DNA from: an uncultured Actinomycetes bacterium
Lineage (GTDB): Bacteria > Actinomycetota > Acidimicrobiia > IMCC26256 > DASPTH01
DNA length: 64,000 bases
NCBI GenBank assembly: GCA_963720785.1
Contig: CAVRGQ010000003.1
Span: 188,905-252,904, forward strand
Direction: 5' to 3'
Made by a program: the position numbers and the translations under genes. This document shows, piece by piece, positions 19,928-28,433 of the stretch. The notes under the pieces were generated by a model, which saw only the letters and a program-made list of their open reading frames with translations, was not told the DNA's origin and did not search any database. Within the stretch, counting starts at the first letter, position 1. Each line of letters starts with the position of its first letter.

Positions 19928-20410
19928 TCAACGGTGGAGGGCGACTGCTCCGCGGCCGCCGCCAAGCCGGCGAGGGTCTGCTCCATCCCCGCGATTGTGG
20001 GACTCCCGGTCGGCCACGCCCGTGGCGAGGTGCCCGACCGGCTTGAACCATCCCGGGCGGTGATCGGTCCAGGTCTCCGTGACGCGACAGCCCGCCGCAG
20101 TGGGCTCGAACGTGTAGGTCCAGTCGGCGACCTTCACCGGCCCCGCGCCGACGCGGAACGAGAACACGCGCCCCGGGTCGCACTCGAGGACGGTCGCCAC
20201 CGTCTTCCACGACCGCTTGCCCCGGCGGTTCCGGCCGCGGAACTTCGCGCCCGGCTGCGGGCCGGACTGAGCAGCGGTCGCCGGATCGAGCCACTCGCCG
20301 CCCTCGTTCTCGGGTGACCACTCGCCCATCCGGGTGACGTCGGCGACCATCGCCCACACGGCGTCGGCGGGGGCGGCGATGTCGCGGGACACACTCACGG
20401 ATTCGGTCAT
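19928..20410 (-). CDS. SRPBCC (polyketide cyclase/START-like) family protein
   Basis: MTESVSVSRDIAAPADAVWAMVADVTRMGEWSPE.. The C-terminus may be frameshifted at the GGGG run 19987-19990; the alternative frame reads MEQTLAGLAAAAEQ. Confidence 0.78.
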   Translation of the reverse strand: MTESVSVSRDIAAPADAVWAMVADVTRMGEWSPENEGGEWLDPATAAQSGPQPGAKFRGRNRRGKRSWKTVATVLECDPGRVFSFRVGAGPVKVADWTYTFEPTAAGCRVTETWTDHRPGWFKPVGHLATGVADRESHNRGDGADPRRLGGGRGAVALHR

Positions 20411-20422
20411 CCGCGAGGCCGG

Positions 20423-20665
20423 CTACATCAGGCCGAGCAGCTCGAAGATGGCGGTGCGCTCCATCTCGTAGGTCTCGGCGTCGATCTCGCCGCTGTTGTG
20501 CTTCTCGCTGAGCACCCGGAACTGCTCCATCAGCGCGTCGGTGTCGACCGGCTCGGTCTCGTCCTCGGGCTGCTCGGACTTGTTCTCACGGCGTTCGCGC
20601 CGCTCTGCGGCACGGGCCTTGCGCTTGCGTTCCCGCTCACGCTTCTGGAAGCTCTCGGCGCCCAT
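20423..20665 (-). CDS. small hypothetical protein, basic N-terminus and SHOCT-like C-terminus
   Basis: 80-aa ORF with a strong SD (gaggagg) 6 nt upstream of the ATG. KRERERKRKARAAERRERR, then ..LSEKHNSGEIDAETYEMERTAIFELLGL. Confidence 0.6.
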   Translation of the reverse strand: MGAESFQKRERERKRKARAAERRERRENKSEQPEDETEPVDTDALMEQFRVLSEKHNSGEIDAETYEMERTAIFELLGLM

Positions 20666-20760
20666 ACAAGCCTCCTCGGCGTCTCAGGACCCGCGGTTGC
20701 GGCCCCAACCCCTCAGGCTACCGGCGCCAGGTCGTCCGGCCCGTACGCGGGCTCGACCTC

Positions 20761-20796
20761 CTGTCCGCTCTGTCCGCTGTGTCCGTTCTGACCGCC
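20761..20796. repeat. 9-bp tandem repeat x4 in the intergenic region
   Basis: ctgtccgct ctgtccgct gtgtccgtt ctgaccgcc. Lies 96-131 nt upstream of the small ORF start and 15 nt below the oxygenase stop. Confidence 0.85.
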
Positions 20797-20811
20797 GATC
20801 CGTCCCCCCGC

Positions 20812-21732
20812 TCACCCCAGCGAGGGTTCGCCCCGCCGGTAGGCATCCTGGCGGTCAGTGACGTGGTCACCGGCCGCGACGGCTGCGTATGCGTCGCGAT
20901 CGCCGGCCACGGGAACGACGACGCAGTCGAGGCGCGGCTGGTGGAAGTAGACGATCGACAGGCGGCGGCTGACTTCCCCCGCTCCGGCGGGAGGGTTCAC
21001 GACCCGGTGGGGAGTCGCACGCAGCCGACCGCCGGACCATCGCTCGAGGAGGTCGCCGGCCTGCACCAGCAGGGCACCTGCCGGCTGCACGACGGCCGAC
21101 CAGACACCTCGATCGTCGCCGACTTCGAGACCCCCGGGTGCGGCGTCGGCGCAGAGGACGGTCAGGCCACCGTGGTCCGTATGGCGCGCCACGCGCACGC
21201 GACCAGGTTCCGGCAGGTCGTCGAGCGGTGGGAAGTGGTTGACGACGAGATTCGACCATTGGCCGGCGCACCACGCGTCGAGATCGTGGTCGTCGGTGTC
21301 GAGCGCCGTCGCGAGCGCGGTCATGAGTCGGGTCGTGAGCGCGAACGCGGCGTCGTGGTATGCACACCACGCGCCGCGGAGCCGCTCCGGCCGGGGCGGC
21401 CAACGGTTGCCCGGCGCGTCGGGGCCACCCTGGGACGGGCAGAGGTTCTCCTCGAGCCGCTCGAGCAATTCGGTGGGCCGCTCGTCGCCGCCGTAGCGCG
21501 CGCCGCCCTCCATCACCGGTTGCCAGCCGCGCCAGTGACCGACGCCGCCGAACTCGACGAGCGCCTTCTCGTCCCGCGGGAGCGCGAAGAACTCCCGCGC
21601 GGTCGCCCGCATCTCGGCGACGACGTCGGGCTCCACGCCGTGCCCGAGTACGGCGGCGTGCCCCTCCGTGCCGAGCGCGTCCACCAGCTCCCTCGCCGCC
21701 CCGGAGCCCTCGAGGTCGACGACCGGGGTCAC
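20812..21732 (-). CDS. 2OG-Fe(II) oxygenase (isopenicillin-N-synthase-like family)
   Basis: GTG 21732 (VTPVVDLEGSG..). ..VARHTDHGGLTVL.. and ..RLRATPHRV.. supply the H-x-D...H and R-x-S elements. Confidence 0.8.
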   Translation of the reverse strand: MTPVVDLEGSGAARELVDALGTEGHAAVLGHGVEPDVVAEMRATAREFFALPRDEKALVEFGGVGHWRGWQPVMEGGARYGGDERPTELLERLEENLCPSQGGPDAPGNRWPPRPERLRGAWCAYHDAAFALTTRLMTALATALDTDDHDLDAWCAGQWSNLVVNHFPPLDDLPEPGRVRVARHTDHGGLTVLCADAAPGGLEVGDDRGVWSAVVQPAGALLVQAGDLLERWSGGRLRATPHRVVNPPAGAGEVSRRLSIVYFHQPRLDCVVVPVAGDRDAYAAVAAGDHVTDRQDAYRRGEPSLG

Positions 21733-24067
21733 GGATCGAGGCCTGCGAACGCAGCCGGATCGGGTGTCCAGCCTGCGCCCCGCGGCGAGCGCCCGCACGT
21801 GGTGCGGGTGCAGCCGGGTGGAGGTGACCGCCACCCCCAACGGGGCCAGGGCATCCTCCACCGCGCCGGCGATCGCGGCCGGGGCGGCGATGATCGTGGC
21901 CTCCCCTACGCCCCGGAACCCGCCGGCGGTCGGCGACGGCGTCTCCCGGTGGACGATCCGCAGATCGGGCACGTCGGACGCGAGCGGCGGCGTGTAGTCG
22001 AGCAGGGTCGAGCAGAGCGGCTGGCCCTCGTCGGAGTACCGGACCTCCTCGTGGAGGACGTTGCCGAGGCCCTGGGCGAAGCCACCGATGTGCTGGCCCT
22101 CCACCAGTGTCGGGTTGATCATCACGCCACAGTCGGACACGAGCACGGCGTCGAGCACCTGCACGTGCCCGGTCGCGGGATCGACCTCCACCACCACCAT
22201 GGTCATGTGCGAGCCGAAGGTCTCGTCGAAGTTCGTGTGCCCGTCCTCGTTCGGGACGGGGATGGTGCCGCCAGGTGTGTAGACCGCGGTCGCAGTGAGC
22301 CCGGGCTCCTCGCCGGCGACGAGACGGTGCGTGTGCCACCACGCCTCTTCTGCAATCTCCCGGTGGGACGGCTCGCTGGCCATCTCCTTCGCGAGGCGGT
22401 CCATCTTCTCCCTCACGCGGTTCCGCGGCGGTGAGCACCGCGCCGCCGGCCATCACCGCGCTGCGGCTCCCCCAGGTGCCCATGCCGTAGGGCACCTGAT
22501 CGGTGTCGCCCTCGCGCACGCTCACGTGCGACACGTCGATGCCGAGCGCGTCGGCGGCCACCTGGGCGAACACCGTCTCGTGCCCCTGGCCCTGCGACTT
22601 CGATCCCACGCCGACGGTCACGGTGCCGTCGGGGAGCACCGACACGATGGCGGTCTCCCACGAGCCGAAGCGCCCGGCCACGCCCCACTGGGTGGGGGCG
22701 GTGCCCTGCACGAGTGCGGACAGGCCGATTCCGACGTGGCGACCCTCGGCTCGCGCAGCGGCTTGTCGTTCCCGCCACGACGAATAGCCCGCCTCCTGGA
22801 GCAACTGGTCGAGTTGCGGTGCCAGCGGGCCGACGTCGACGCGCGCGCCACCGTGCGCGACGAAGGGGCGGGGCGCGTCGGGCAGGAGGTTGCGGCGCCG
22901 CACCTCGGCGGGGTCGAGTCCGCATCGTTGCGCCACGCGGTCCATCACCCGTTCGGTGGTGAAGTGCGCCTGGGGTTGACCGAACCCGCGGTACGCGCCG
23001 ATGGGGCAGGTGGTCGTCGCGACGCACGACAACGTGAAGCCGTGCTCGGGGATGTCGTAGCCGCCGCACAACGCGCCGACGGTCACGAGCGAAGGCCCGA
23101 TCCCCGAGAAGTAGAGCACCGGGTTGCCGACATCGCTGATCACCCGCACCTCGAGTGCGAGCACGCGACCGTCGTCGTCGTGCGCGACGGTCACGTGGTG
23201 GGTCTGCGGTCGCGAGTGCACCGACGCGACGAGCGCCTCCGTGCGGTCCTCGGACCACCGGACCGAGCGCCCGGTCATCATCGCGAGCAGCGCGACGAGG
23301 CACTCTTCGCGGAGGAAGTGCTGCTTGTTGCCGAAGCCGCCGCCGGTGTCGGGCGCGACGACGCGCACCGTGGCCTCGGTGAGGCCGCACACCTCCGCCA
23401 CCACCGTGCGGAGCTGGTGCGGCTGCTGCGACGACGCGAACAGCGTGAGGCGGCCGTGCGCGCCGTCGAACGACGCCTGGGCGCCATGGCCCTCCAGCGG
23501 CAACGCGAAGACGCGGTGGCTCTCGTACGTCTCGGTGAACACGTGCGGCGCGCCCGCGATGGCGTCGGGCAGGCCGGGCGACGCGGCCTCGAGGTGCAGG
23601 AACTCGTTGGTCCCCCACTCGGGGTACAGCAGCGGCGCGTCGTCGGCGAGCGCGGCTTCGGCGCCGACCACCGCCGGGAGCTCCTCCCACTCCACCTCGA
23701 CGAGCTCGAGGGCGTCCTCGGCCTGCGCGCGTGACTCGGCGACGATCGCGACCAGAGGCTCACCGACGAAGCGCACGGTGCCCTGCGCGAGCACGCCCCA
23801 CTCCAGCGGCTGCAGCCCGGGGAGTTGGAGGAGATGACCGAGCTTCCGCACGCCGCGTGCGTCGAGGTCGTCCTGGGCGACGACCGCGACGACACCGGGC
23901 GCGGACTGCGCAGCACTCACGTCGATCGCGACGACGTGTGCGTGCGCGACCGGGCTGCGGAGCAGCGCGACGTGGCAGAGCCCGGGCACTGCATGGTCGT
24001 CGAGGTAGCGGCCACGGCCGGTGAGGAGCCGCTCGTCCTCCGTGCGCAGCGCGCGGTGGCCGATCAT
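21729..24067 (-). pseudogene. xanthine dehydrogenase/CoxL-family molybdopterin-binding subunit, frameshifted as sequenced
   Basis: ATG 24067 (MIGHRALRTEDERLLTGRGRY..GAYRGFGQPQ..) runs to about 22425, then VREKMDRLAKEMA.. in ORF 20812..22416. A second shift near 21781 would give ..AGWTPDPAAFAGLDP* with TGA 21729-21731 overlapping the oxygenase GTG. Confidence 0.8.
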
Positions 24068-24926
24068 GCGACTGCCCTCGCGGTCGGGGCGTGCCCGAAC
24101 ATCGCCGTGACCGCGCGCCCGCGAGCAGGCCGGCGAGCTCGGCGCGGTCGTCGTCGCCTGCGCACTCGGTGCGCACGGCCGCGGCGACGGCGCGCACGAG
24201 GGTCGCGCTCGGCGCCGGCGCGCCCGTGATCCCGCACTCGCCGAGCACACCGCTCAGGTCGACCGGCACTGCGCCCACGCCCAACGCGGCGCCGCGCACG
24301 CTCGTGCACACGCCGTCGACGAACGAGCCGACCATCGCGATGCCCGCGGTGGCGAAGTCGCCGTGACGCGGTGCCCACTCCTCGAACGCGCAGGCGTCGG
24401 TGGCGGTGGCGCACGGCACGCGCACCGACACGATCAGCTCGTCGGGCGCGAGCGCGGTGGTGAAGAACCCCTCGAACAGATCCGTCGCCCGCACCGAGCG
24501 CACGCCGGTGGCGCCCTGCAGCACCACCTCGGCATCGAGTGCGACGAGGACGGCGGGCAGCTCGGCCGCGGGGTCGGCGTGCGCGACGGAACCGCCGAGG
24601 GTCCCCCGGTTGCGGATGGCGACGTGGCCGATGTGCCGTGCGGCCATGGGGAGCAGCGGTGCCTCGTGCACGAGCAGCGGATCGGTCTCCAGCGCGCGGT
24701 GGCGCACGAGCGCGCCGACCTCGAGTAGGTCGCCGTCGACCGCGACCCCGGCGAGGGGCAGTCGCCCCACGTCGACCAGCACGGTGGGTCGCGCCAACCG
24801 CAGCGCGAGCAGCGGAGTGAGGCTCTGCCCGCCGGCGATGACCTTGGCCTCGTCGTCGGCACCCAGCGCCGCGACCGCCGCGTCGACGGTCGCGGCGATG
24901 ACGTAGTCGAAGGGCGCGGGCTTCAC
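24064..24926 (-). pseudogene. CoxM-type FAD-binding subunit of the molybdenum hydroxylase, frameshifted near the 3' end
   Basis: MKPAPFDYVIAATVDAAVAAL..KVIAGGQSL..IRNRGTLGGSVAHADP.. The alternative frame after about 24120 (..RGRAVTAMFGHAPTARAVA*) ends in TGA overlapping the coxL-like ATG (ATGA). Confidence 0.8.
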
Positions 24927-24980
24927 GGCGTCACGCCTGCCCGATCACACGACATGACAACGCGCCCGCTCACTCGCCGA

Positions 24981-26144
24981 TCACGCGGCATCGGCCTCGA
25001 TCCAGGTGCCCGCGCGCAGGCAGCCGACCGGCACGAGACGGCGCTCGGCGTGGATGGTCTCGTAGCCGTCGGAGAGCTCGTGGTCACCCTCCTCGATGCG
25101 CAGCACCGACACTTCCGCGGTGCGACCCTCGGCGAGCACGCCGTACTCGTGTTCACGGTGCACGACGGTGGCCGGGGCCGCGGTCGTCATCGCGACCACG
25201 TCGGTCAGCGGCACGCCCAGCGCCCACACCTTCGACATGGTCTCGGCGAGCGACACGACGGGGTGGTCCACGTTGAACACGTTGAGGTCGGTCGAGATGG
25301 TGGTGGGCAGGTAGCCCTGGTCGAACATCCGCTGCGCGGTGGCGATGCGGAAGTCGGTGCCGGAGTGCCCGATGTCGAGGCACACCCCACGGTCGACCGC
25401 GTCGCGGAACTCGGGCGTCACCGCACCATCTTCACCCAACACACCGGACGCGCCGCGGAACGCATGGGTGATGACGTCACCGCCACGCAGCTCCCGGAGC
25501 AGTACGGAGGTGGGGATCGTGGGGGTGAACGGGAAGCGCCCGAGGTGCACCATCACCGGACGCTCCCCCGCGACCTCCTTCGCCGCATCCAGGAAGGGCG
25601 AGTGTTCGGGGTCGTCGGTGGAACAGACCCGCACCTTCATGCCCACGATGACGTCCTCGTTGGCCACGATCGTGGCACGGGCGAGGTCGATGTCGAGGTT
25701 GCGCTCGTCGTTGGCGATCTCGAGCTTGTGACAGATGAAGTCCTTGGTGGCGAAGTAGATCGCGCACGGGTCGAGGAACGACAGCACCTTGGTCTGCACC
25801 TCGGGATCGTCGATCCACTTCCGCGCCAGGCCGAAGGTGGCCGAGCCGCTGGTGCCACCGTCGATGACGATCGGCACGCCCTGGCGCACGCCGACGCGGT
25901 CGGGGTGGAGGCAGAAGTCACCCAGGCCGGGGTAGACGTGCACGTGCAGGTCGATGAGCCCGGGCGTGACGAGCAGCCCGGTGCAGTCGACGACCTCCGC
26001 TCCCTGGTCGGCGGCGACGAGCGCGCCGGCGCCGGGACCGATGCCGACGACGACTCCGTCGCGCACCACGACGTCGGCGACCTCGTCGCGGCCCGTCGTC
26101 GGGTCGAGCACGCGCCCGCCCGAGAGGACCGTCACCGCGCTCAT
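24981..26144 (-). CDS. amidohydrolase/deacetylase family metallohydrolase (dihydroorotase-like)
   Basis: 387-aa intact ORF. ..VTPGLIDLHVHVY.. metal motif. ATG overlaps the Rieske gene stop (ATGA 26141-26144). Confidence 0.85.
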   Translation of the reverse strand: MSAVTVLSGGRVLDPTTGRDEVADVVVRDGVVVGIGPGAGALVAADQGAEVVDCTGLLVTPGLIDLHVHVYPGLGDFCLHPDRVGVRQGVPIVIDGGTSGSATFGLARKWIDDPEVQTKVLSFLDPCAIYFATKDFICHKLEIANDERNLDIDLARATIVANEDVIVGMKVRVCSTDDPEHSPFLDAAKEVAGERPVMVHLGRFPFTPTIPTSVLLRELRGGDVITHAFRGASGVLGEDGAVTPEFRDAVDRGVCLDIGHSGTDFRIATAQRMFDQGYLPTTISTDLNVFNVDHPVVSLAETMSKVWALGVPLTDVVAMTTAAPATVVHREHEYGVLAEGRTAEVSVLRIEEGDHELSDGYETIHAERRLVPVGCLRAGTWIEADAA

Positions 26145-27259
26145 CGCGCCACCTCCGTCGTCTTCGGCTCCGTCATCTTCGAAGCCGACGGGAAGCTTGC
26201 GGCCAGGCCGGCGTGCACGGCGGCGCCACCCTCGGGGCCGTCGGCCGCGGCGGCGAGCTCCCGCAGCCAGCGGCGGTACTCGATCGAGACACGGTCCGTG
26301 CGCACGGACACCTCCAGGGGTTCGAGGGGGAATTCGGGTGGGTCCTGGTTGCAGACCACGGGCTCGTCCTGCCGGAGCACGAGGTCCTGGAAAGCGAGGT
26401 ACTCGCGGTCGTCGCCGTCGTGGTCGTCGTCACGTGCGACCGACCAGAACGTACGGCAGCGACCCGCGTCGAGGGGTGACGCGGTCATCCAGAGCCGTCG
26501 GTACGCGCCGGACGCGAGGCGGAACGAGATGTCGACGGTGCAGGGCACCGGCATCCGGTACTCGGAGAAGCCGAAGAGCGCTTCGTCCTCGGGTACGAGG
26601 TCGGGCGGGTCGTACTCGAAGCGCAGCTCACCGGCCTCGCGCCGCACGACCGGAATCGGCGGCACCGGCTGCGTTCGGTCGCCGAGGGTGCCGTCGTGCA
26701 CCCATGCGAAGTGGGCGAGGTCCACGAAGTTCTCGACCCGGCGGGGCGCGGCGGTGGGCCACGTGTACGGCGCACCCTCGAGCACCTTCATCGATGAGTC
26801 GTGGAACGCGGGGTGCGCGGGGATCTCCGTCGCCGCGGAGGGGTCGAGCCGCAACCACACCAACCCGTGCTCGACGCGCGCCTCGATCGCGTCCAGCGCG
26901 GCGCGTGCGGGCGGTTCCTCGCCGCCGAGCGCGGGGATCTCGCGGCACCGGCCGGTGCAGTCGAACGCCCAGCCGTGATACGCGCACCGGATGGCGCCCG
27001 GCTCCACCCACCCGACCGACAGGCGGGTCGAGCGGTGCGGGCAGCGGTCGGGCACCGCCATCAGCTCGAGGTCGCCGTCGTCTGAGCCCACGCTCGCGCC
27101 CACGTTCGCGCCCACGTTCGCGATCGCGAATCGGTGGCCGAGCAGCTCGACAGCCAGGGGATGTGGCCGGGCGGCGGCCAGCTCGCCCAGCGTGCAGACC
27201 GGGTGCCAGAACAGGCGCAGCAGCGCCTCGAGGCGGCGCTGGTCGGGTGAGACCTCCAC
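26141..27259 (-). CDS. Rieske [2Fe-2S] non-haem-iron oxygenase, alpha-subunit only (VanA/Ndm/PaO-like)
   Basis: CPHRSTRL..CAYHGW Rieske motif and ENFVDLAHFAWVH (E-x3-D-x2-H-x4-H) iron site. GTG start at 27259. Confidence 0.85.
   Translation of the reverse strand: MEVSPDQRRLEALLRLFWHPVCTLGELAAARPHPLAVELLGHRFAIANVGANVGASVGSDDGDLELMAVPDRCPHRSTRLSVGWVEPGAIRCAYHGWAFDCTGRCREIPALGGEEPPARAALDAIEARVEHGLVWLRLDPSAATEIPAHPAFHDSSMKVLEGAPYTWPTAAPRRVENFVDLAHFAWVHDGTLGDRTQPVPPIPVVRREAGELRFEYDPPDLVPEDEALFGFSEYRMPVPCTVDISFRLASGAYRRLWMTASPLDAGRCRTFWSVARDDDHDGDDREYLAFQDLVLRQDEPVVCNQDPPEFPLEPLEVSVRTDRVSIEYRRWLRELAAAADGPEGGAAVHAGLAASFPSASKMTEPKTTEVAR
27087..27122. repeat. 12-bp tandem repeat x3 inside Rieske oxygenase 1
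   Basis: cccacgctcgcg cccacgttcgcg cccacgttcgcg. Encodes ANVGANVGASVG about 10 residues upstream of the first Rieske Cys-His box. Confidence 0.9.
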
Positions 27260-27277
27260 CCCGGCAGCGTGCCCCGA

Positions 27278-27295
27278 GATTCAACACTTTGTTGA
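27278..27295. promoter_or_regulatory. perfect 6-3-6 palindrome TCAACActtTGTTGA in the Rieske/Rieske divergent region
   Basis: tcaaca (27281-86) ctt tgttga (27290-95). The 15-nt core lies 21 nt from the Rieske-1 start codon. On the minus strand it reads TCAACAaagTGTTGAATC, similar to 15426-15443. Confidence 0.5.
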
Positions 27296-27388
27296 CGCGT
27301 GGCTGTTTCGATCCTGTGAACTCGCCCCGTCACCAGATGGCAACACGGCGGCAACTGCCGCGCGACCCCTCCCCGCGATCCTGGCGCC

Positions 27389-28433
27389 GTGCCTCCACGC
27401 CCGATCCACGACCCGGCAATCCACAACGAGACCGCGGCCCTCGCCCGGGGCTGGCACGCGGTCGCGATGGCCGCCGAGATCAGTGGCGACCCGGTGCGGG
27501 TCCGGCTGCTCGGCAACGACTGGGTGCTCGCGCGCGTCGACGGGGGGATCGTGGCCTTCGTCGACCGTTGCCCCCACCGCTTCGCTCCGCTCAGCGCCGG
27601 CCGCGTGGTGGACGACCGCATCGTGTGCCCGTACCACGGGTGGGAGTTCGGTGCCGACGGGCAGGCCACCCGCATCCCGTCGCTCCGCACCGGCGGCGAC
27701 GGGCCCGACCACCTGCCGCCGCGCGCCTGCCTGACTCCCCCGTCTGGACTCACCGAGCGCTACGGCCTGGTGTGGCTGGCCCCCGAACCCCCCGTCTGCG
27801 ACCTGCACGAGTTCCCCGAGTGGGACGACCCCGCGTGCACCCACGCGTGGAACGAGCCCCGGCGCACGGCGGTGAGCGCGGTGCAGCTCACCGACAACTT
27901 CCTCGACGCGTCGCACTTCCCGTTCGTGCACCCCGGCACCTTCGGCACGCCGGAGGCCGAGGAGGTGTCGCACCACGACGTGACGCGCGAAGGCTGGGAG
28001 GTGCGCACCGTGTACCGGGCGCCCTACCGCAACCACGACGACCCGCTCGTGGCGACCGGAGAGCATCCCCTGGTGCAGCCGCACGTGCTCACCAAGGTCG
28101 GGCGGCCCCCCTGCCGCGGTCTACCTGACGCTCGATTTCCCGATGACCGGCGCGCGCCTCGCGATCCTCTTCGTGTGCCAGCCCGAGGAGGACGGCTCCA
28201 CGCGCGTCTACAAGCTCATGGCCCGCCGGGGGTACGTCGAGTCGCCCGAGGGTCTCGCCGCGTTGATCACCTACGAGGACGACGTGCTCACCGAGGACCT
28301 CGCCGTGCTCGGTGCGTACCACTCGATGAGCCTGCCCGAGGACACCCGGGCCGAGGTCCACGCCCCGTCCGACAAGCTGAGCGTGGCATACCGTCGCGTC
28401 CTCACCGAATTGCTCGAAGGAGCGCCATCGTGA
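27389..28433 (+). pseudogene. Rieske [2Fe-2S] non-haem-iron oxygenase (second copy), frameshifted as sequenced
   Basis: CPHRFAPL..CPYHGW and DNFLDASHFPFVH. The frame changes in the C6 run 28106-28111 (..HVLTKVGRPP / AAVYLTLDFPMTGARLAILFV..). Ends TGA 28431-28433. Confidence 0.82.

Noticed and set aside
15342-20357. 1671-aa ORF, the longest in the track
   Set aside because: It is antisense to two well-supported amidohydrolase genes and sense to nothing recognisable, except for 18.67-19.42 kb, which is the N-terminal half of the DUF222-HNH gene. The sequence is Arg/Gly/Ala/Pro-rich low complexity, typical of stop-free off-frames in high-GC DNA.
20812-22416. Apparent in-frame fusion of the CoxL C-terminus to the 2OG oxygenase (single 534-aa ORF)
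   Set aside because: The CoxL homology ends about 15 residues before VTPVVDLEG. One frame over, the sequence ends ..AGWTPDPAAFAGLDP* with TGA overlapping a GTG (GTGA), and the putative shift sits at a GCCGCG site like the others. Two separate genes are far more likely than a bifunctional protein.
24923-25156. 77-aa ORF upstream of coxM as the missing CoxS Fe-S subunit
   Set aside because: It overlaps the 3' end of the amidohydrolase gene in another frame, is Arg/Ser/Thr/Pro-rich, and lacks the C-x4-C-x2-C and C-x2-C..C 2Fe-2S motifs.
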